From Microcystaceae cyanobacterium (lineage in GTDB: Bacteria; Cyanobacteriota; Cyanobacteriia; Cyanobacteriales; Microcystaceae): DNA of 64,000 nucleotides. The stretch is taken from contig JBGTGT010000073.1 of assembly GCA_041746575.1 (NCBI GenBank), positions 1 through 64,000 of the forward strand, written 5' to 3'. The notes under the pieces were generated by a model, which saw only the letters and a list, made by a program, of their open reading frames with translations, made no database searches and was not told where the DNA came from. Within the stretch, counting starts at the first letter, position 1, and every line of letters begins with the position of its first letter. The position numbers and the translations under genes are program-made. Shown here piece by piece: positions 58,528 through 64,000 of this stretch.

Positions 58528-60636
58528 TTAAACAATCGTAAATTCTAGACTCACTGTTGCCAGTAAATCCCCCTTAAGATTATTTTGGGAATAGAGGTCA
58601 AAGGTCATCGTATTTTCGCCGACAGGTAATACCCCCCCTTGAAAATTCCCCTTGAAATCGCTAAATAACGTGTAGGGTTCAACATTCTCTTTGCGGGTGA
58701 CTTCGCCATCGTTAAGATTGAGAAAAACACTTTCCACTTGACCCGAAAAAAGGCTATCTTCAGCGACAAATGCGGCGATCGCAACTTTTTGATTTCCTAG
58801 CGTACTCAGACTAATTTGATCGCCGTCTTGAAGGGTGGTAATCAGGGTATTGCTCTTGGCATCATACAGTTCAATTCGTAAAAGATCAGAGGGAAGCGAT
58901 CCCGCATAAGTATAAGTCTCGTTTGTTGTCTGTTTATAGTCGGAATTACCATCACCGTCGTAGTCTTTTTCGAGGGTTGTCGTTTCTGCGGTGAGGTTAC
59001 CCGTTGTATCATAGGACAAGGTTCGTTCTGAACGGGATACTTCTGAGCTATCATAATAAAACTCGGACTCTTCTTTTATCTCTGAAATGACCTTGCCTTC
59101 GGTATCATAATTCGTCGTTAGCGTACCAATGGTTGGCGACTCATGACCCGAATAACCGAGATGTTCAATTTCATAGGAACGAAGACGACTCATTATGCGA
59201 TCATCTGCGTCGTAAGTATAGGCCGCCGTTTCAGATGTTCCTTCTCCTCTATTAGTAGAGTAGCGACTCTCGTAGATAAGTTGACCCTCAAAGTCGTATA
59301 GTGAGTAGTTCTCTGAATTAGAAGTATAATTACTGGTCTCACTGATCGTATTTACAACCAAAGTATCGTTAACGTATCCCTTGAAGGAACTGGTTGTAAA
59401 GACAAAAGTTTCAGGAATCGGACTCGTCAAGACCTCAAAAACCCTTCCTGATGAATCATTTACGCTTAATTCAAGTTCAACTGGGGTGATGAAAAAAGGC
59501 AAAAACTCGGCCGCACTATAAGAGGTAATCTGTCCATTCGGATCATAGTTAATCAATAAATCCGTTTGACCCCCATCATAATTCACAGCAAGGGAACGAA
59601 GATTCCCATTTTCATCATAAGTTCTACTGTGATAAGTCCAACTTTCATCCGTTATCCCATCACCTTGCCAATCAATCGCATAATTATATTCGGTCAATCT
59701 TCCTTGTGCATCATATTTAATCGTAAACGTTGATATATAATCATTCTGACCATCTCCATCTTCGTCTAGGGCGTATAGAGTTAAATTATTATTAATATCA
59801 TAAGATCGTGTTTCTTGGGTCATAGAATCATATATTCCGTCCCCGTTATTATCATTTTTATAACTATAAAAAGTTTAATTATCGTTATTATCATAAGTCC
59901 ACGTTTCTAGGATATTTTGGTTATCTATGCCATCCCCATTATTATCTATACGATACGTATAAGAAGTCCGATTTCCGCTAGCATCGTAAGTCCACGTTTC
60001 TTGCGTAATGTAATCGCTTTTTCCATCTCCATTATTATCTATTTTTTGAGTATAAGCGGTTTGATTGTCTTGATTATCATAAATCCACATTTCCTGTGTA
60101 ACAGAATCACTTTTTCCATTCCCATCATTGTCAAATTCTATGGCATAAGCAATTCTATTACCTTTAGCATCGTAGTCCCATGTTTGTTTTCTAACAAAAT
60201 CGCTTTGACCATCGATATTATCGTCTCTATTTAAAATCGCCAATATTTTGTTATTATTGACGTCATAATTAAAAATTTCTTCATTGCGGAAGTCAATCTG
60301 ACCGTCCCCATTGTTATCTGTTTCAGTCGTCAACGAAGTTTCGTTACCCTTATTATCATACTCATAGGTTCGTGTTCTCCGAAAATTGCTCTGACCGTCT
60401 CCGCCATAATCTGAATCATAAATATAGAAAATAAGTTTTCCTTGCTGATTATACGTCCACGTTTCTGTCAGAATGCTTTCTTCTTGTCCATCAGCATTAC
60501 TATCGTAGCTGGAAAGATAAGTCAGGGGATTTCCCTTTTGATCATAAGTCCAAATTTGAGAGCGGCTGTTATCGACAATGCCGTCATTATTATAATCAGT
60601 TGAGACGGTTAGCGTTTTTTGTAATAGCGTATCCAT
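58528..60636 (-). pseudogene. Paralogous YD/Dx[DN]xDG repeat protein (702 aa if read through) interrupted by one in-frame TAA at 59875-59877
   Basis: ORFs 59875-60636 and 58528-59823 are in frame; the 51-nt gap reads TFYSYKNDNNGDGIYDS, continuing the repeat; the equivalent position is Q in other units. Confidence 0.8.
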
Positions 60637-60692
60637 GATATTTGATTTCCTTAAAAAAAAGAATGAATAAAAGATTTTGGATTTTGGGTATT

Positions 60693-60714
60693 ATCCCTTC
60701 TCGAAAGAAGGGTT
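60693..60714. terminator. Hairpin between the beta-helix gene and the YD-repeat gene
   Basis: CCCTTCT-cgaa-AGAAGGG. Confidence 0.5.
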
Positions 60715-60727
60715 GGTTGTACCTGTT

Positions 60728-63712
60728 TCAGGAGAAATCTAAACCCACCGAACCTAGCAAATGATCTCCTGAAAAAGGATTGAAAGAAAGGACATTATCT
60801 TCCTGTTGTGAGGGACTTCCTTGATAAGGATTACCCAATAATACAGAAGAATCATCTATCTCAAGCGGGATGATCTCGTTATTAGTCTCGTCTGGTTCAA
60901 TCGGCGAAAATAAAGACTGCACTTCATCGGCCGTTAAAGATTTGTTAAATAATTGAACTTCATCGAGCGTTCCCTTGAAATACCCCCCCACAGGGCTATC
61001 AGAACGCCGTCCTAATGTTAGAGGTATAGAATTGCTCAAAGAGCCTTGGCGACTTGTCGGGTTGAATCCCCCTACTTCAACACCATCCACATACCATTTT
61101 CCCCCGGTGATGCTATCTCGATCAACCGTTATAGTCGCTTGATGCCAATTGTCATCGGCGATAAAAGTATTGCTTCCGTAGTTATTATGTCCCTGTCCAT
61201 CTGCCAACTGAAAGCCCAATTCACCCTTGTAGGTGTAGATTGCATAGCCTTGAACTGGCCCTGATGCTTTAATCCGTTTATCGAGAATAACATCAACAGC
61301 ACTAGAATGACTGCTCGTCTTGATCCAAAAAGCGACGGAAAAATCCTCCATACCGATATCCAGAGCATCGTTGTCAGCAATTCGGACAGAATCATTTCCG
61401 TTGAAGGCGAGTCCGCCATTGATCTTTCCTTCGCCCCATACAGGATTACTCTGTAAAATACCGATATTGTCGCCAATACGGTCATCAGCCACTGATCCTG
61501 ATGTTTCATCAAGAGACCACCAAGCGACGGGAGAAAGGGGTTTAGTAAGATCATCAACAATCGTAAAATTGCGAGTGAGGGTTCCCAGTAAATTGCCCTT
61601 ACGGTTATTCTGTGAATAAAGGTCAAAAGTGATCGTATTATCTCCAACAGGCAAGAATCCCCCGTGGAAATCATTGTTAAAATCGCCAAACAATGAATAG
61701 GGTTCAGCATTCTCCGTGCGGGCAACTGCACCGTCGTTAAGATTCAAGAAAATACTATCAACTTGACCCGAAAAAAGACTATCTTCTGGCACAAAAGCCG
61801 CAATGGTGACCTTCTTTCCTAATAATGCACTTGCGCTGATTTCGTCCCCTTCTTGAAGCGTCGTAATAAGGGTATCGCTCTTAGCATCATAAAGTCTGAT
61901 ATCGAGAACAACTGATTGGACTTCAAATGCGCCAATATCTGCTTTGCCATCGATGACTCGCTCAAATCCGGCTCCTCGTTGGTCGGTTTCGAGGTTATCG
62001 GGGTTACTTCCCCCATTCCAAGCGGGACTGTTGGGTTTTAAGGCGTGGGTTTGAGTAACACCACCATTATCGGCAAGGGGTTCGAGTCCGGGGTTAGTAA
62101 TCCCTGTCGTATCACCAATTTCAATAAAAGCTGATGTAGCATTCCCTGTCCCAATTAAATTATTCCCTTGACTGACAAAGAAAAAGACATTGTCGTTTAA
62201 GGAATCCACATCGCTGTTTGTATTCCCTGCAATGATACTGGATACCACTTCAACTGTCCCCCCTGAATTCGCCACTCCACTGCCTTGATCAAGAGGAGCC
62301 ATATTTTGTGTCAGGGTGCTATTGCGGATTTGTAGAACTCCTCTTTCGTTATAAATTCCCCCTCCAAAGCTCGGAAATCCTTCTGGTACGGTGTTACCAC
62401 TAATAGTGCTGTTGCTAACGATTGTGTCTCCTGTCGTATAAATGCCTCCCCCAACAGTGAAACCACCTGATGACGCACCATTGTTATTTATGGTACTGTT
62501 GCTCAGTGCCAGATCACCGGCAAAATTATGAATCCCGCCGCCTGCACCACCGTATGTTCCGTATGCAGTGTTATGACGAATCGTACTATCAATAATCGTT
62601 AAAGGACTATATTCGCCATAAATACCACCCCCATTCCCCCCTAATCCACTCGAACTGTTATGCTCAATCAGGCTGTTGCTGACGGTGAGTTTGCCGCTCG
62701 TTATAGAAACACCGCCACCGAAAGCATCCCCTTGGTTATAACTGACGACGGAGTGATCAATAGTCAGGTTACCTCCATTGCTATAGATGCCACCTCCAGC
62801 TCCACTGATTCCGCTTGCTACATTGTTATTGAGAGTACTGTTGCTGAGAGTCACATTCCCCTCTTGGTTAGCAATGCCGCCGCCGCCATGCTGACCTTCT
62901 CCTGATGCCACATTATCGTTAAATGTGCTATTGTTCACTGCCAGAACGCCATTTTGATGAAAAACGGCTCCCCCTTCTCCTATTAATCCATCTACACGAT
63001 TCTTCTCGAAGATACTGTCATTGATCGTCGTCAGAGCTTGATTATTAATGGTACTATGACCGATATAAATGCCACCTCCCTCAGCTGTGCTGGCACTGAT
63101 GTGGTTATTTCTAAAAGTGCTATCATTCACGGTTAAGCCGCTATCCATGCTGTAGATGCCGCCACCGTAAGCATCGCCTCCTGTAGCCGTATTATTGTCA
63201 AAAAGGCTATTTTTGATAACTACATCACCATTAAGGCTATAAATCGCCCCACCGTAACTGAAAATTTCTCCTGACGCCTTATTACTCCGAAATGTACTGT
63301 TCAGAATGGTAAGAGATACCCCCTCTCCGTAAATGCCACCTCCCGCTTCAGCGTTCCCGTTAGCAATGGTCAAATTTTGGATTTCTGCATCAGCCGTTAG
63401 ATAAAAGACCCGTATCTTGTCATCTCCACTAACTGTAATCGTCTCTGCGCCTGTTCCTTCAATGGTTAGGGGTTTATCTATTAATAGTTGACCGAGATCA
63501 GCATCAAGAACAATAGTTCCCATCAACCCCTCCGCAAAGTTAATCGTTCCCCCTTCAGCGAGAAAAGCGATCGCTTCGCGCAGTGATAAATCCCCTGCAC
63601 TTAAGTCCCCATCGTTTTCGTCAACGAGGGTATCTACTGTCAGATTCAAATCAGGAGTCGATTCAAAAGGGTTAATGGCCGAGAATTCTGGGGTAGAAAC
63701 AGAAAAAGTCAT
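60728..63712 (-). CDS. Large surface-type protein: CSLREA-like N-terminus, Pmp/pectin-lyase-like beta-helix (choice-of-anchor Q type), shared ~117-aa module, LamG-like domain
   Basis: DLSLREAI; GGGIY/FxxN repeats; LEPLADNGGVTQTHALKPNSPA...DQRG...DIGAFE; WWSLDE...FSVAFWIK...WHQ...FKGTLDEV. Confidence 0.85.
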   Translation of the reverse strand: MTFSVSTPEFSAINPFESTPDLNLTVDTLVDENDGDLSAGDLSLREAIAFLAEGGTINFAEGLMGTIVLDADLGQLLIDKPLTIEGTGAETITVSGDDKIRVFYLTADAEIQNLTIANGNAEAGGGIYGEGVSLTILNSTFRSNKASGEIFSYGGAIYSLNGDVVIKNSLFDNNTATGGDAYGGGIYSMDSGLTVNDSTFRNNHISASTAEGGGIYIGHSTINNQALTTINDSIFEKNRVDGLIGEGGAVFHQNGVLAVNNSTFNDNVASGEGQHGGGGIANQEGNVTLSNSTLNNNVASGISGAGGGIYSNGGNLTIDHSVVSYNQGDAFGGGVSITSGKLTVSNSLIEHNSSSGLGGNGGGIYGEYSPLTIIDSTIRHNTAYGTYGGAGGGIHNFAGDLALSNSTINNNGASSGGFTVGGGIYTTGDTIVSNSTISGNTVPEGFPSFGGGIYNERGVLQIRNSTLTQNMAPLDQGSGVANSGGTVEVVSSIIAGNTNSDVDSLNDNVFFFVSQGNNLIGTGNATSAFIEIGDTTGITNPGLEPLADNGGVTQTHALKPNSPAWNGGSNPDNLETDQRGAGFERVIDGKADIGAFEVQSVVLDIRLYDAKSDTLITTLQEGDEISASALLGKKVTIAAFVPEDSLFSGQVDSIFLNLNDGAVARTENAEPYSLFGDFNNDFHGGFLPVGDNTITFDLYSQNNRKGNLLGTLTRNFTIVDDLTKPLSPVAWWSLDETSGSVADDRIGDNIGILQSNPVWGEGKINGGLAFNGNDSVRIADNDALDIGMEDFSVAFWIKTSSHSSAVDVILDKRIKASGPVQGYAIYTYKGELGFQLADGQGHNNYGSNTFIADDNWHQATITVDRDSITGGKWYVDGVEVGGFNPTSRQGSLSNSIPLTLGRRSDSPVGGYFKGTLDEVQLFNKSLTADEVQSLFSPIEPDETNNEIIPLEIDDSSVLLGNPYQGSPSQQEDNVLSFNPFSGDHLLGSVGLDFS

Positions 63713-63875
63713 ACGTTTACATTCCTTTAAAAGACGAAAAGAAATCGTTTCCGTTGATTAACAACAATTTACCTCTGCCATAATATAATAAATTCACAAC
63801 AAATTCCTCGAAATGTAATGTATTTTACTTAAATTTATTTAACGTAAATTACCTCTAAAGAAATATTTCAAAAGT

Positions 63876-64000
63876 TATACTAAATCCGGTTTACAAAACC
63901 CGCTTATAATAAAGGGTAAATAACCGAGACAACTCTAATGCCAAAAAAAGCCTATCTAGCCAATCATCATAGTTCAGAAGAACTAAAGCAAAAGTACCTA
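63876..64000 (+). mobile_element. Left end of an IS630-family element (truncated by the window)
   Basis: TA + TACTAAATCCGGTT terminal-repeat-like sequence; ORF from 63938, MPKKAYLANHHSSEELKQKYL, resembles cyanobacterial IS630 transposase N-termini. Confidence 0.65.

Noticed and set aside
57994..60234. Ile-rich plus-strand ORFs (57994-58449, 59917-60234)
   Set aside because: Antisense shadows of Asp/Asn/Tyr-rich repeat codons
56065..60636. Rhs polymorphic toxin/immunity locus
   Set aside because: No RHS core motif, no variable C-terminal toxin (the C-termini are the conserved part) and no small immunity ORFs
61129..61731. 200-aa alternative-frame ORF inside the 994-aa gene
   Set aside because: Fully nested in a well-supported CDS with no recognisable motifs; treated like the other short nested ORFs in the track
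56065..63712. Recently acquired foreign island
   Set aside because: HIP1 sites still occur (near 58775 and 63568) and I see no integrase, tRNA or att site; recent transfer is not supported by eye

Overview
This window is cyanobacterial chromosome, probably from a unicellular Chroococcales strain. The basis is the apcABC operon, cikA, sphR/sphS/phoU and roughly 30 HIP1 GCGATCGC octamers counted by eye. Most of it is housekeeping: gatA, lexA, cobN, cobS, mltA, galE, fur, ahcY, dnaG and an SLH/OprB porin. It contains a complete guanidine-utilisation operon: NtcA promoter, guanidine-I riboswitch, gdmH, an unexpected GST gene, ghaA/ghaB (HypA/HypB-like) and an ABC importer. Less ordinary features: (i) three co-oriented large surface-type genes at 56.0-63.7 kb share four copies of an ~117-aa module. 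Two of them are built from 31-aa YD/Dx[DN]xDG repeats, one is split by a single in-frame TAA, and an IS630 begins just upstream. (ii) An uncharacterised three-gene unit encodes a lipoprotein, a soluble hypothetical protein and a PstS-like/TM/3xDUF4912 fusion. (iii) An internally deleted IS200/IS605 element keeps its left end and the TnpB omegaRNA-type right end. (iv) A divergent IF3 paralog has a probable ATT start. (v) A 68-bp tandem repeat lies upstream of ahcY. I found no rRNA, tRNA or CRISPR array. All calls come from motif reading; no database searches were run.
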